A stretch of DNA of 62,265 bases, the filler included, from Choristocarpus tenellus KU-1152 (Eukaryota; Protista; Phaeophyceae): the NCBI GenBank assembly GCA_964200185.2. It is 10 parts of 10 records of this genome, joined end to end, with 100 filler letters (N's around TTAATTAATTAA, not from the genome) between each part and the next. Parts side by side here need not be neighbours in the genome. Positions count along the whole stretch, not along the records: positions 18,408 to 26,103 come from CAXNAD020005737.1; positions 26,204 to 29,093 come from CAXNAD020023891.1; positions 29,194 to 35,712 come from CAXNAD020007955.1; positions 35,813 to 39,226 come from CAXNAD020020200.1; 6 more parts are not named here. One strand, 5' to 3'. The position numbers and the translations under genes are program-made. Numbering within the stretch: the first letter of the stretch is position 1; each line of letters opens with the position of its first letter. Below, piece by piece: positions 25,450-37,939 of this stretch. The notes beneath the pieces are model-generated. The model was not told where the DNA came from and ran no database searches. It was given only the letters and a program-made list of their open reading frames with translations.

Positions 25450-26020
25450 ATCTGCCTTCCAAGAGTTTCTTGACACCTACACCAGGAAGATGAAATACCT
25501 TTTTCGCCGTAAGGACAAAAGTTGGTTTCTACCAACATCTGAAAGGCTTCAATGTCGAGAGAACCAGAGAGAATGCCGCAGCACATCCATAATGAGTCTG
25601 GACAGCTCTCAGGGAGCAAGAATTCATCATGGAATTGGTGAAGGAGATACTTCACATTGCCCCTTAAAAACCAAGTCAGCTGATAAAATTCCTCGTAGTG
25701 TTTAAGCCTCGATCAACATGCCACATTCGTAGCCCTCATTACTGCACCAACAATAATGGAGGTGGATGAAGTAGTCTGGGTCATGGGAAATGAGAAGGCT
25801 ATGTATGGATCACCAGAATCTTCCACTTGCACTCCCAAAGCATTTTGGCCTACAGAAGGATGTGGCTACCCTACAGGATCTTCGTAAGGTTGTGTTGGAC
25901 ACATGGAACGAGGAACTCGTCCTACAAGTCTGGAAAGATGCAGCCATCACCATGCTCTATGAGGAGGACCACACTGATTGTGGCAACTAGAAGGGCATCT
26001 CATCTGTGGCACATGCTGGG
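25450..26020 (+). pseudogene. RTE-like LINE fragment (EN-RT linker to RT start), frameshifted
   Basis: TWNEELVLQVWKDAAITMLYEEDHTDCGN*KGISSVAHAG matches the RTE pattern W..VPQ.WKDA.I..L.K..D...CGNYRGISL.AHAGK. Confidence 0.75.
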
Positions 26021-26033
26021 GGTCAAAGTATCT

Positions 26034-26067
<34 letters not shown>

Positions 26068-26103
26068 CGACGGTCACGTCCGTGTGCCTCTTGTTGTGCT
26101 GAT

Positions 26104-26203
26104 NNNNNNNNNNNNNNNNNNNNNNNNNNNNNNNNNNNNNNNNNNNNTTAATTAATTAANNNNNNNNNNNNNNNNNNNNNNNNNNNNNNNNNNNNNNNNN
26201 NNN
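26104..26203. other. Artificial contig linker
   Basis: 44N-TTAATTAATTAA-44N. Confidence 0.97.
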
Positions 26204-27887
26204 GAGTTGAAGACAAGTTTATTCATAGTGTGTGAGTCAAGATGGAGGGGGGGGGGGGGAGGGGGAATCTCGCTTTGAGGCTTCCAAGGTCAAGGATCAT
26301 TTCAGTAGCAGTTAGTAGAGTAGTTAGCAGCAGACAAGTCAAGCTACATGGATGGATGGATGGATTTGGTACAAGTAACAACTTTTTGGTCCCCACCAAT
26401 AGAACTGAACAATTTCAAATCAGCCCAATAAAATGGTGAAAATTAATCGCAAGAAAATAATAAAAAAGTAAATACAAATCACCATATCCCGTACAACCTC
26501 AACCTAAATATATGTCACCATGTTCAAGGAGGGGCGCATGTGCTAGCTAGTCTGGAGTTCTCCAGCAAAGACCAGATGGTGCCACGTGTTCTTTCCCGCA
26601 AAAGGTTATACAGGAAAGGGTAAGCAAAATGTACGCAAAGGTATTATCCACGTCTTATCGAAGCAAGATGATGGAAGTAGACAAGGCTAGCATGGCAGTG
26701 TCCCCCCACCCTCTTCACCAAGGTCCATCCTCATCACCTAAAAACATTCTGCCTTCTTGAAACTGAGGCAACGCTCTTTCTCGATACTACGACAGCTTCA
26801 ATTTAAAAATCTTGAAAAAATCCAACACTTTCCTCAACCAATAAGAACACCCTGTTAAGCTGTCCTTGACGATCTGTTGTCCCACACAACCAGTTATATT
26901 GTTGTTTATTAGCTTGTCTCACGGTTGAGAAGAGTGTCAGATACCATCACTAGATGGGGTTCACCAAGCCTTACAGCAAATGACTCAGAATACCAAATGA
27001 CTTAACAGTTCTCTAGTACACGTCAGAAACACTCCGACTCTAACAGTCCGTCGATTACTTCTTGTCAAATAATACCCTAACCCTAAGTATCCCAAATGTC
27101 CCGCATTATCGTCTGTACGTACATAAAATATTACTTCAAATCATATCCTCACAAATGGTCAAGCAGCATATAATCTTCACACACCCACTAAAAAAAAAAA
27201 CAGCACAACCTCATCATAACGAGGATGATATCTTCAACAGAGGAAAACACAGAACCTCAAACTTGGCCCACTCTTTCCTCACTCCCCGATACCACACGAC
27301 ATTCCATTGAAAACAAACAAGTCCCTCCGAATTCAACAACCCAAGAAACACCCACATCTTCACGCCTGTGCATGGTCCAAGGGAGATCAGCATAGAAAAA
27401 AAAAAGTGTGCACACTATTTCTTCAAGTGGTACTGTAGACACCAACATTAACCCAACCAGTTCAGGGCAGATCACGTAACAAAAAACGACACCTCAAAAC
27501 AAGCGCTTTAAAAAAAAAAAAAGTATTTTCAAACACCCAAAACCATTCTGCTGTCAAACGAGAACAATCATGCATGAGTTTTCAAACACCTCCAATCGGC
27601 CTAGGAATTTTTTTCCAAGTACTTGTTTGATAGCAATTGAAACGTACAAGGTTAGAGAACAGCTACTAGTCTGCAATGACCAGTGCGATCCCGGTCTCCT
27701 GTCATACCCCGCATGTGTGCCTACAGTGGCCGTGCTTCACTCTCCCACTTAAGACCCCAACTAACAACACACTGGGCAAGAAAAGGACTCAACAAATAAA
27801 ATTGATACAACCAACATCCGAATTGACCCCCCCTCATAAAGGACACGAACAAGGGGGGGTGCTTTGCTCCTCGAAGAGCTCACTCAC

Positions 27888-27995
27888 CCGCAGCTTGAGG
27901 TCTCCCTGCTCAAGCTTCCGTGTTACCCCCTCAACGTAGGCCATCTTTCTTGGGCTCTGTACCAATGCTGCGATATCCTCTGGCCTCCACCCCAC
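27888..27995 (-). CDS. Single internal exon of an ABC1/UbiB atypical kinase (plastid ABC1K7/8-like C-terminal region)
   Basis: AG|VGWRPEDIAALVQSPRKMAYVEGVTRKLEQGDLKLR|GTGAGT, 108 nt, phase 0/0. KLExGDLKLRV is a motif I recognise from plastid ABC1K C-termini. No other exons were found on this contig. Confidence 0.62.
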
Positions 27996-28987
27996 CTTTC
28001 CACCAACAACCACAGATGAGTGATCACTAAGCAAAAAGCAATAGTAGTAGTAGTAGTGGTAGCAGTAGTAATAGTAATATTTTTACTTCTACTATTGTTA
28101 TGAAAAAAGGGATAGTGTTGGTAGGTTTCAGGGAGACAGAGGTTGTCAGAGATGTACGTACCGTTAATTGTCACTCATTTTAACACAGAAGTGTCGCTAC
28201 TCAAGATATTGTATGGAAGGAAGGCGTAACCTTGAAAATGAGCAGATATTTCATTTCGTACTCCAAAATGTAGTAGATAAGACGTGTCCTCAAGATTCAG
28301 CACATATTTTATGTTGTAACCCACAGTAGTAGAAAAGATATATTTTAACGTTTTCAAGGCGTTCCTTCCTTAGGACATCGTTGTTCCACCTTAATTAAAA
28401 TGAGGTGTACCATTGTTATAATATAATCAGTACTGTAGAGTACAGAATGGGAGGGGTGCAACAAAATGGGCTAGCATGGGGAAAAGCACCTTTCACAGCC
28501 AAAAAAAAATGTTGCAGCACAACGATTTTTTTGACCAAACCCCTCAACAATCAAAACAAAAAATTATAATTCAAATTAAAGATGCTCCGATAACACCCCT
28601 GAAAAACATAAAAAAGGATTCTCGTCCTATCATCCAACCAAAGGTAGTATTTTCGACCTATTCTTGAGTTCGGGAGCCATCCAATCCAGGAATTTCCAAT
28701 CAAGAAAGGTACATCAGCAGACCCTCAAAAAGGTACAAATAAAAAACTGACCGGTGTGAGGAACACCTCATGAATTTCTTTTTCTTTCACCCGCCATGCT
28801 GTAACTGCCAATCAAAATCCCGCCCCATGTATTCCCATGCATTGAATTGTAAACATACTTCTCATTCATGTCACACATAGCTTCACACATTGCTAGCCTT
28901 CAACACAAACTCCACACTCATATCTTATTCCCAACGCCCACTCAAAAACATTAAAAAATATATGTCTCAAGAAAAATAGAGTCAGTG

Positions 28988-29023
<36 letters not shown>

Positions 29024-29093
29024 GGGGGGGGGGGGGGGGAGGGGGAGGCGCCAATCCTGTGACCGCCCCCCGAAACCCACGCCAGCGTGTCCG

Positions 29094-29193
29094 NNNNNNN
29101 NNNNNNNNNNNNNNNNNNNNNNNNNNNNNNNNNNNNNTTAATTAATTAANNNNNNNNNNNNNNNNNNNNNNNNNNNNNNNNNNNNNNNNNNNN
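29094..29193. other. Artificial contig linker
   Basis: 44N-TTAATTAATTAA-44N. Confidence 0.97.
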
Positions 29194-30199
29194 CCACCAA
29201 TTGTACCATGGTATAAAGGGGGGGGTGGGGGTAATCGAGTGCATATATCTTCAACTCTTGCTTGGATATCGCGAGTTCTCACATTAAACATACTCTTGAG
29301 TGAACTTGATGATGGAGCAGGTGTAGATACTTCCAACTGGGCCTGCTGCTCCACGCCTTGTTGGTTGCCAAGGAGATCTTGGCGTAGGGCCCGCTCAACT
29401 GGAAATCTTCCTTTCCTCTCAGAGACCTTCTTGCCCTTATCTACCCTTACAGTAGATGCATAATCTGGTCCACTAAGCTCAACTTTCCTAAACAACCGAG
29501 TGACGGGAAGGACAGCATGGTCGAGAGGTTGTTGTGGGTTCATGCAATAGAGCGCTTCGTGTACTGATGCACTCTGTCCGCCGATGTGGAAGATTCGCCT
29601 CATTGCATTTTCCGAGACCTCCCACAACTGTGAAGCTGTTTTCTCTTTGTGAGGTGAGAGCGAGAAATGATGTTACGAAGTGATCATCGCCTACCTGGGC
29701 ATGTAGTGCAACTCTCTGTCAATATCAGTCTCCCGGGAAGAGGCGAAGAAGGCAGTCGCCTTGGACCATAGCATTTCGACAACTCCCATTTTGAACCTGA
29801 GTCGTAGGGACCCTGCGTGGGGAGAAACGAAATAGTATGCCGGCCAGGGGGGCCTAACTGGAGGGCATTGTGTGGAAATTGGGTATCCTTGTCAGTGAGT
29901 TGTATCTTCAGTCGCAGGTGTGAGCGAAAACGCGCTTGGATTTCGTTTCGGATCGCCTGACTTATGGGCTGATCACAGATGTGCTCTTACTGCTCCTTGA
30001 AGTGAAACTATATCCTCTACGAAGTCGGAAGGTCAAAGTTGGACCTGGTATATTCCTTACTGTTATAAGCTGACTTCTGGTGTTGTGGATTCAAAATAGA
30101 GGTAAAACAAACTAATTGGTATTCTAAAGAAACTGGGAGGTCTTTTCGTTACATAGATCCTTTACAATCATCACACGTTTGTATTAATAATTGCATTCA

Positions 30200-30640
30200 G
30201 TATGTTTTATCCCCAACATCTTCAGGGTGGAAGGTTTTGGGCGCCGGATCGGTAATCACACAGAACGTTTTCTGGATGGGTTGGTTCCACATGCAGTGGG
30301 GGGAAGAGGGGTGGGAGATTATAGCAGGGAAAAGTCTGTCAAACCCCGCCTATGACAAATAGTGTCTATCACTATACAAGTAACTCTCTCGAGACGTGCA
30401 ATGCGTTTCAAGCTAGAGACACCAGGGAGATGGGCAAGAAGAGGTCTGTCAGATTCTTGGGGTGCTTTCCTGCCTCCCCGTCCACTTGTGTAGTGCTAAG
30501 TCAGGTTGAAGGCATAGCAGCAATGTATAAAGAACATAATAATTACCAACGTTTAAAGAAGGGAAGAAATGTCAAAATTGAAGTACTGTTACTGTTACAG
30601 GGGTCCTTGTGATGTTGGTTTGGCGTTTCCTCTGACACAT
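30200..30640 (+). mobile_element. CRE-like non-LTR element 3' fragment
   Basis: FRVEGFGRR...FLDGLVPHAVGGRG...RRAMRFKLETPGRWARRGL, homologous to the 22255 and 53303 copies. Ends near TTTCCTCTGACACA. Confidence 0.65.
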
Positions 30641-30949
30641 TATATGTATCGTATCTGTTTGTTATAATTACATACTATTGATTTAATCCTGGATGTTAAT
30701 GCACCCCAGTATTATTAGCAAGGAAATGGACATAATATCGTATATAATATTATTGTACACTCTGACATTTTGAGAATGTACAGGGGGGGGTGGAAACCAA
30801 AACCCTAAACCTAACCATATTACAAGGGCTACTACTACTGTGCACACAACAGTATAGTATTAGTTGTCATCAATGCTAAGTCACCTTCCTAAGATGTGTA
30901 CTATTTGCAAACAAACAACAGCAATATCCTCTTCGAGATTGTCCACTCT

Positions 30950-31189
30950 GAGTCGAAGTAAACGAGAGGTACCAAGAGATTTCATTTTAAGAACGGTGAT
31001 ATGTACAAAATTGGGCATTTTTCTTATGTGTAAGATATTTGTGAATTGTCAGAAATTTTCAAACAGTAAGAGAAATAAGCGCTCTCAGCTCAAACTTAGA
31101 ACGTAATCTATAGAAACATGGGTGAATTGAAAAAGATCGAAAAACTGCAAACCGACCAGATCCTGATTACCTCTCGTTTAGTTTGGCTC
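30950..31189 (+). mobile_element. MITE family C, full copy
   Basis: TIRs GAGTCGAAGTAAACGAGAGGTA / TACCTCTCGTTTAGTTTGGCTC. Flanks TCT / ACT. Confidence 0.85.
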
Positions 31190-31257
31190 ACTACTACTGC
31201 TAAGCAATGTATATACATTGCTATTATGCTTTTAACCTAGCTGGCCATGTGAAAAAA

Positions 31258-31432
31258 GACCCGAAGTATCTAGGGGGGAGGGGGGTCTACACCAGGGTGT
31301 CCATTTGAACTAAAATCAGGAACAGTGCATTTTCATTATCCATCAGACGTATGCAACCAAATCACTCAAAAATCGCGACATGAAAAAAATTACCCCAAAC
31401 GGACAGCCACCCCCCCTCCGGTACTTTAAGCC
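31258..31432 (+). mobile_element. MITE family B, full copy
   Basis: GACCCGAAGTATCTAGGGGGG...CCCCCTCCGGTACTTTAAGCC, flanked by AAA on both sides. Confidence 0.85.
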
Positions 31433-31435
31433 AAA

Positions 31436-32068
31436 GTGGACAAAGCCCTAAGAAGGGTCTCAAGAATCTGCCAGACCCCGTCTTGCCCACCTGCACACAG
31501 TCTCTCCACCTTAAACCGCTCGATGAAGCTTACTAGGCCACTTGTGCAGCAACGGAACGATCTGTCTCAAACGAAACTTGATAGCCCTTTCCCTGCAGAA
31601 TCCTCCAGTCCCTCTCCCCCCTAATGCATTAACTGGTGACCAGCTCGTCCAGGAAAGTGTGAAAGTATCTTAGAGGGTACGATTTTTGCCCTGTTTGTCC
31701 GTTTGGGGCTTGGCTTCCCACGGGTTTGTATGACATTTTACCTACTCCAAAACGTTTGGAGTAGGTAACATGTTCATGTTACGAAATGTTATGTCCGGAA
31801 CAAGGACATGGACACTTCCTAACAAACACAATAGCCAAAATTATATCAAAATCACAACATTGGATTTTGACCTCCTAATGGACGCGGCTCTACCCTCTAA
31901 GGTACTTGACTCAGACTCTCTGCTTGCTCTGCAAGGTACCTGAAAATTTCCATGGCAAATGTTTTGAGAATAAACTGATGAGGATCAAAAGATCCCTAAT
32001 AGTGGGTGTGCTTGCACGACTTTGCTGGTCCAGCAGCAGCCCGTACACCATTGCTGATGGATGAGTAT
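31436..32068 (-). mobile_element. CRE-like non-LTR fragment interrupted by a MITE
   Basis: 31436-31656 and 31913-32068 join into a sequence colinear with 53303-53640 (e.g. CAGCTCGTCCAGGAAA, TCTGCTTGCT, TACACCATTGCTGATGGATGA). Confidence 0.7.
31657..31912 (-). mobile_element. MITE family A, full copy nested in the LINE fragment
   Basis: GTGTGAAAGTATCTTAGAGGGTAC...TACCCTCTAAGGTACTTGACTC. Flanks AAA / AGA. Confidence 0.9.
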
Positions 32069-33309
32069 GGCAAATGACAGGCTGCTTGAATCTCTGAAAA
32101 AGCAACATCCAAAAGTAGGCCTTTATCCTGGTAGGGAGCTGAGCCAGCGCCCAAAGTGCCCCAACATGGAACACCACATCCATGCGAAAGTTCGTGTCCA
32201 CTCTAATAATCAGGCTTCCATCATTTCGCAAGGGATGCCCACTCCCTGCAGAGTTGACTCAGGTATTTCACCGTAGGCATGTACTGGAGTACTTGTCCTC
32301 CTGCCCTAGGGAAGGCGCAGGTATGTCGAGTGTCAACATTGTGCCTCCTACATCCGGGCACCAGGCACCTGTTGGATATCACCTCCTATTATGAATGGAA
32401 CTATTAGCAAAAAGAATTGCCCGTGTCACTTCTGTCAACTCGGTCAGTATGTTTTCTGTTACAAAGGTATAGTTTGTAGACACACTACTGAAGGAACTTG
32501 CGATCCTATTGTTTAAAAATTGGCTAGTTCGTAAATGCCTTAATCGAAACCAAGGTCAATGGTGAACCCAACCGCAGCATCTCCCAGATCGGTGGACAGG
32601 TCACCTGCAACGTCCTCAGGGTCTGTGGTTGGCGAGCTACGTACAGCTGCTCTCTTGTCATGATACACCACCTAATATACAGAGGCGACAGTGTTGAAAC
32701 CATTTTATGGTTCAGGAGATTCAACGTCCACTGGGCTAATCGTACATCAGCCTGAGAATTTTTTGGGTAGGATGGTTGATTTGGCCGGCAGTACGCCTTC
32801 AAGGACTTATCCACATCGATACAAATTGTTGCACAGGTTGGGGAACCAAAGGGAAGATCCGATCAGGAGATCTGATAAATGGAGGCCCCTCATGTTTGGA
32901 AGCGAAAGCAAGGAGAAAATATGCAAGTCTCAAATGAGTGGAGACTTGATCAGTGATGTGTTGATGAAGAGGGAGGTCTGGATGCATCCCTCAACAACAA
33001 AGACGATTCAGAACGGTGTCCCTTCCTGAACCCCCACCTCAAGAAAAGCCGAGGATTTATATGTTGGAGGGATAGTACAATGCCTTCAAACTAGGTGTAG
33101 GCAAATCCCCTTTGATGCCACTTGACTGTTGGCCATACTCTTCTCGGAACAGATGTTCAAAATTCTTATGGCTAGCAAATGAGCAGCTTCGCGGGAAGAC
33201 CTAAACCAAAAGAAAACAGAACACAGGCAGGACTTCTGGGTGGAGTGCACGGACTTTCACCAACCCGTCATGGGTCACTGACAAGGGGGGATTCCAACAA
33301 ACCCGAAGT

Positions 33310-33410
33310 AGTGCAGTGAGGATGCTCCAGGCTATCTCCATCAATCTCTTGATGCCCTCAACTATGTCAGACCTGCAACTTGCTGGAGGAGAATTTTCGC
33401 CAAGGAAGAT
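33310..33410 (-). pseudogene. Copia-type integrase relic (catalytic E region)
   Basis: SPPASCRSDIVEGIKRLMEIAWSIL parallels SPPKMP..SKGIAERVIKQPMEIAQSRL in the 36.2-kb relic. Confidence 0.35.
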
Positions 33411-34456
33411 GATTATTGACTTGAACACACCCCACAGAAGCTTTGGTCATGGTGGAAGGGGGGGTCGTGAAAGAATGCGCATCGTGAGACAGGCATGAGT
33501 TGTCTTTCCTTCTATATATTATTTTTCCCTAATGCAAACGGTCGTGATCCTTATGCACTCATCTTTCTATATGTTACTATTTTTGTCTCCTCTATGATCA
33601 TGCATATATATGTTGGGTTCAGGTATGGATGGATCCATGTACGGATGGTTCGTCCTTTGACGGATGTGCAAACCATGATGTGGAACACCACTTTTGTCAT
33701 TGTGTGTGCGACAATATCTCAGGTTGGGGCTCATATATGCATGGTTAGTTCTTGCATGGATGAGTAACCACCATGACAGGGATCGAACCCATGACAACAT
33801 CATTTGATGAGAGTTTAATACCTCTGAGGAACCGGGAACGTATTCAGCGCACCTAATCCTAGTTCCTAACTGAAAGATTTATTAATCTCCTTTGCAAAGA
33901 TATCGAAATGCCCTCTTCTTGTCCACTACATTGGACCACTAGTTGAACCGGTCCTTGTCCATGTCTGGACCAGTCCCGCAATTATTTAACATGTCCTGGC
34001 GTCCGCTAGGTACTGAACCGGTTCATGCCCGCCAGTTGGACCAGGTCAAACATTCTCTGACATGTCCAGACCATGTCCACAGGGGGTATTGTACCGATCC
34101 ATGCCCACCAGTCAGCAAGTCTAACTTTTTTCCTTGCATGTACGGACCGTCGTCGCCCATCAGTTTATCTTTTTTGACGTGTCCGGACCATACGCACGTT
34201 TTTTTTTGCCGTTTGGTTTTGCTTTTCACTGAAAATCTGAACAGGAAAAAGAGAACTGGGCAGGTGTGGTTTGTGCGAGTTGCACTATAGATTTCATTTT
34301 GATTATGACGATGCTATGTATTGTAGAAGACCCAGTATCACCATCACACCACTCCACTCTAACGTCTAACCCCGAAGAGCCAACACCGATACAAAATTCT
34401 TGGAACACTGAATCATGGCTTGTGAGGATGCAGTTGAAGCTGTTCCCATTGCCTGT

Positions 34457-34712
34457 GAGTCAAAGTAACTTAGAGGGTAGAGCCGCATCCATTTGGGAAC
34501 CAAAATCCAATGTTGCAATTTTGGTGTTATTTTGACTATCATGTTTGTTAGGAGATGTTAATATCCTTGTTCTGGACACTCCTTTTCATAACTTACACAT
34601 TTTGCCTACTCCGAAACATTTTGGAGTAGACAAAATGTTAAAAACCCGTGAGAAGCCAAGCCCCAAATGGACAAAAAGGGTAAAACTCGTACCCTCTAAG
34701 ATACTTTCACTC
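34457..34712 (+). mobile_element. MITE family A, full copy
   Basis: GAGTCAAAGTAACTTAGAGGGTA...TACCCTCTAAGATACTTTCACTC. Flanks TGT / TAT. Confidence 0.9.
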
Positions 34713-35712
34713 TATGTGGCTAGGTCTGTGAAGGAATGCGGAAGCACAGTTTCACGGAAAGTGAGACATGCCTTGGCAATGCAAGCATAACTGGATTTGG
34801 TGGTATCCCTGGATTCTTGAAGTTGTTAGGAGAGGAAGCGCCAGACTTGAACCCCCCCGACCCTTACGAAGGAAATGTTGGCGTAGACAACATTGGGAAC
34901 CGAGAAGAAGACCAATTCCGAAGACATTTCTATGTTCGAACACTTCGACATGATCCAGGTGGATGAAGGCACAGAAGATTGCCACCAATGTCTACATTTC
35001 CCTCTGACTGACGTGAGTACGGCGGTAGATGTTGCTTGAGGTCCTGCTGTATTGCACTTCACTTTCGTAGGTTACATACCTGAGATGCATAATCACAATG
35101 CTCAATGGGGAGCATCTTAACATACACACACCCAACACTTTTCTGTGGGAGGAACAGGAAAATCGAGGATTATCGGGAGTACCATCAACCTTGTTGGGGG
35201 GAGGGAGGACGAAGGTGAATCTCCACTGGTAACTGAGCCTAAAGTGGTGGAGTCTGAGTCAGGAGGTCCCACCTCCAGTCCTGCCAGCGCCACCCCAGAA
35301 AGGTCCAGCCAGGAGCTACCCTCTCCTGGATCAGGGGGAGACCTTTGCCCCAGGTTTCCCCTATTCACCCCCCTCCAAAAAAAATGCCAGATTGCTGGGT
35401 CCCTCCATATCCTCTCCTGTTTGCAGTATATGGCCCCCCGTCCAATAATGTGCTCCAAGACTCTGACGTGTGTGAGAGTTAGGGACCCCCACAAGAAGGG
35501 TCCACAACCTCATGTGACTCAAGCAAGGACGGGGGGTCGATGGAGTCCTCTTTAATGGAGGGTGTGGAGGCAATGAGGGGGTCCGGGCTAGTAGCAAACC
35601 CAGGACCGAGGAGCTGACAGCAGTTACGGAGGGCTGCTGAGGAGGACTTAACAGTGGATTCGCAAAATTGAGGATGGAGCGGGACTATGAGGATGGTTGT
35701 TCTGCGAAAACG

Positions 35713-35812
35713 NNNNNNNNNNNNNNNNNNNNNNNNNNNNNNNNNNNNNNNNNNNNTTAATTAATTAANNNNNNNNNNNNNNNNNNNNNNNNNNNNNNNN
35801 NNNNNNNNNNNN
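35713..35812. other. Artificial contig linker
   Basis: 44N-TTAATTAATTAA-44N. Confidence 0.97.
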
Positions 35813-35884
35813 GATGAAATTTTGCTGCAGCTCCGCATTGTTGCTTGTGCTGATGCACATAGCACTAGTTTCCCCATACGCAGA

Positions 35885-36064
35885 GGCTCAAAGTATCTGG
35901 GGGGAGGGGGGGGGGCTACACCAGGGTGCCCATTTCGGTCATGACCAGGAAAAGTGCACTTACATTATCCATCCTATATATACAACCGAATGGCCCAGAA
36001 ATCGCGACATGAAAAAATGGGACCCGAATGGACAGCCAGCACCCCCCCTCAGATACTTTGAGCC
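35885..36064 (+). mobile_element. MITE family B, full copy
   Basis: TIRs GGCTCAAAGTATCTG / CAGATACTTTGAGCC, flanked by AGA on both sides. Confidence 0.9.
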
Positions 36065-36184
36065 AGATACGGTCTTAGTTGAAAGGTTTACCACCTATAT
36101 GATGTTCATGAGGTGTGGCCCTTACTATATGTTCACATAACTTGTAGGCGGCGTTTGATATAGCAAAAAATTAGTATTACTCAC

Positions 36185-37260
36185 CTCTTCCTGCATTCAG
36201 TAGCCGACTCTGAGCGATCTCCATGGGTTGCTTGATCACCCTCTCGGCAATTCCTTTACTCTGGAGGCATCTTTGGGGGTGACTTCCTCCAGTTGATCCC
36301 TCTTTGGACCAGGATGCATTGGGATCTTGACTTTTCTACTCGATTCCCAAGCACCATCCCCACTGATGGACTTAATAGGAACCTCATCTCTTGCCAGGTC
36401 ATTGGTCTATGGAGCCATTGCATCTGTTACCCCGTCACGGTTTTGAGGCGCCACCACACACTTGTCTCCACTTGCCTCGTTTATCAAGACTTGGAAGTAC
36501 TTCAATCTGTTGATGCTAGGGAGAACTTATCAATTTATGTTGATATGAATAACCTCCCCAGGGTTGTTTGTCCTGCCACCTCGTGCATAGTCAAAGCCTC
36601 AAATTTGTGTTCCTTGTATTTTGTATAGTACATCTCTGAAGCCCCTGTAGCAACCGTTATTTGGAGTAACCCTCTTTATTCATGGTGCTTGACTGCTAAG
36701 GGTTAATTTGGCAAAGGATGTTGTACCAGTCCTTCACCTTCAGTGTTCGGCGTTTGTTGGCGAGGGCTGCATACCTAGTAGTATAGATGACCGTTGGTGA
36801 CTTCTATCAGTCACTTTCTTAATCTATGTCATAAAACTCACATTGAATGAAAGTATACCTTCATCTGCTGACCTGACACTCACCATCCTCATTGGACCTT
36901 TGCCTATTGATTGGAGCTATACGCCCATAAGGAGGTAAACTTTGGAGCGTGTTGTAACAGTAGGTCCAACTTTTGTAGATTCCACTAACGCCAAAAATAA
37001 CCGCTTCTCTCTACACCTTATTATCGTTTTTTCTATGCCCGATTCAACGAATTCTCCATTGGCCTGCCTCAATGCTCCAGTGCTTAGAAGTCTATAGGGG
37101 AGACCAGGGACGTGAAGGGCGTTGAGCAAGTAACATCAATGGCATTGAGGTATCATCCTGGCCCTCACCTGTAGCACCGTGTCTCATTGAGTGTGGAGGC
37201 ATTTCCCCCACGGTTCTGAAATGTGCAGTAGTGCTCAATGGAACTTTTGATGACAAGGTC
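36185..37260 (-). pseudogene. Ty1/Copia pol relic (protease C-terminal region to integrase core)
   Basis: In order on the minus strand: LNALHVPGLPYRLLSTGAL (xLxVPxLxxxLLS motif), GEVIHINI, KYFQVLINEASG, IKSISGDGAWE, KGIAERVIKQ (GxAER). This is the Copia domain order. Many frameshifts and stops. Confidence 0.75.
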
Positions 37261-37939
37261 GTCCAGGCAGGGGGTCATGTGTACAAAGTTGAAAATAAAC
37301 CTAGAAATTGTAGCTCGCAATGTGAGTGACTATGGTACCTGCATTTTATTGTACTTCTATTAGGGTAAACAAAACGAACAGACACAAAAGAACATCCACT
37401 ATATACAATGCGTCGCCTCAATCCTCTAGTAAAGGAGGTCATTTGTCGGTGAGTCATACAGAACTGCAACATCGCTGTCAGGTTCCCTCAGACCCCTGAC
37501 TGTTCCTACCATCGCAGTCAATCCCATGTAAAGGGGGTCAATGTTTCCATTGGCGCCAGAGTCAAAATCCTAATCTTGTTGTCGATTTTCATCAGGCTCT
37601 GGGTCATAGCTGCAATCCCAGTAGCCTTCCAGTCAGTCTTATCTCTGTTCCTCGCCTCATGAATTGTGGTACCAGTTGGTTCGCCCTCTGGGGTTGTCCC
37701 GTCATAACTTTTGATGTAGACATTGAATTAAAAAATAACAGCATATTTGTGATGCCCGTCACAATGCCCTTCAGAATAAGGGATTCGTATTTTTTCGTCA
37801 TTTTTTTCTATTTTTGAAAGAGCGGTCATATTGGGGTTCGAACCCTGGGTTGTAGGTCACCAAGAGTGGCAACGGATGCACTATACTTGATTAAAGTATA
37901 GGGTTTAGACGGGAAAAGGCCTCCTTGCCCTTTCTTCCT

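Noticed and set aside
29194-29815. 161-aa minus-strand ORF plus an exon-like segment upstream
   Set aside because: No recognisable motif, the splice phases did not join, and the ORF runs into the linker. It could be real but is unsupported.
31203-31222. Perfect 20-bp palindrome AGCAATGTATATACATTGCT
   Set aside because: Single AT-centred occurrence between two MITEs. It may be an excision footprint, but nothing else supports that.
35117-35597. Ser/Pro/Glu-rich ORFs on both strands
   Set aside because: GC-rich low-complexity sequence open on both strands, with no family motif or clear splice model.
37277-37471. Solo LTR (TG...CA) beside the Copia relic
   Set aside because: No TSD and no second copy in the window.
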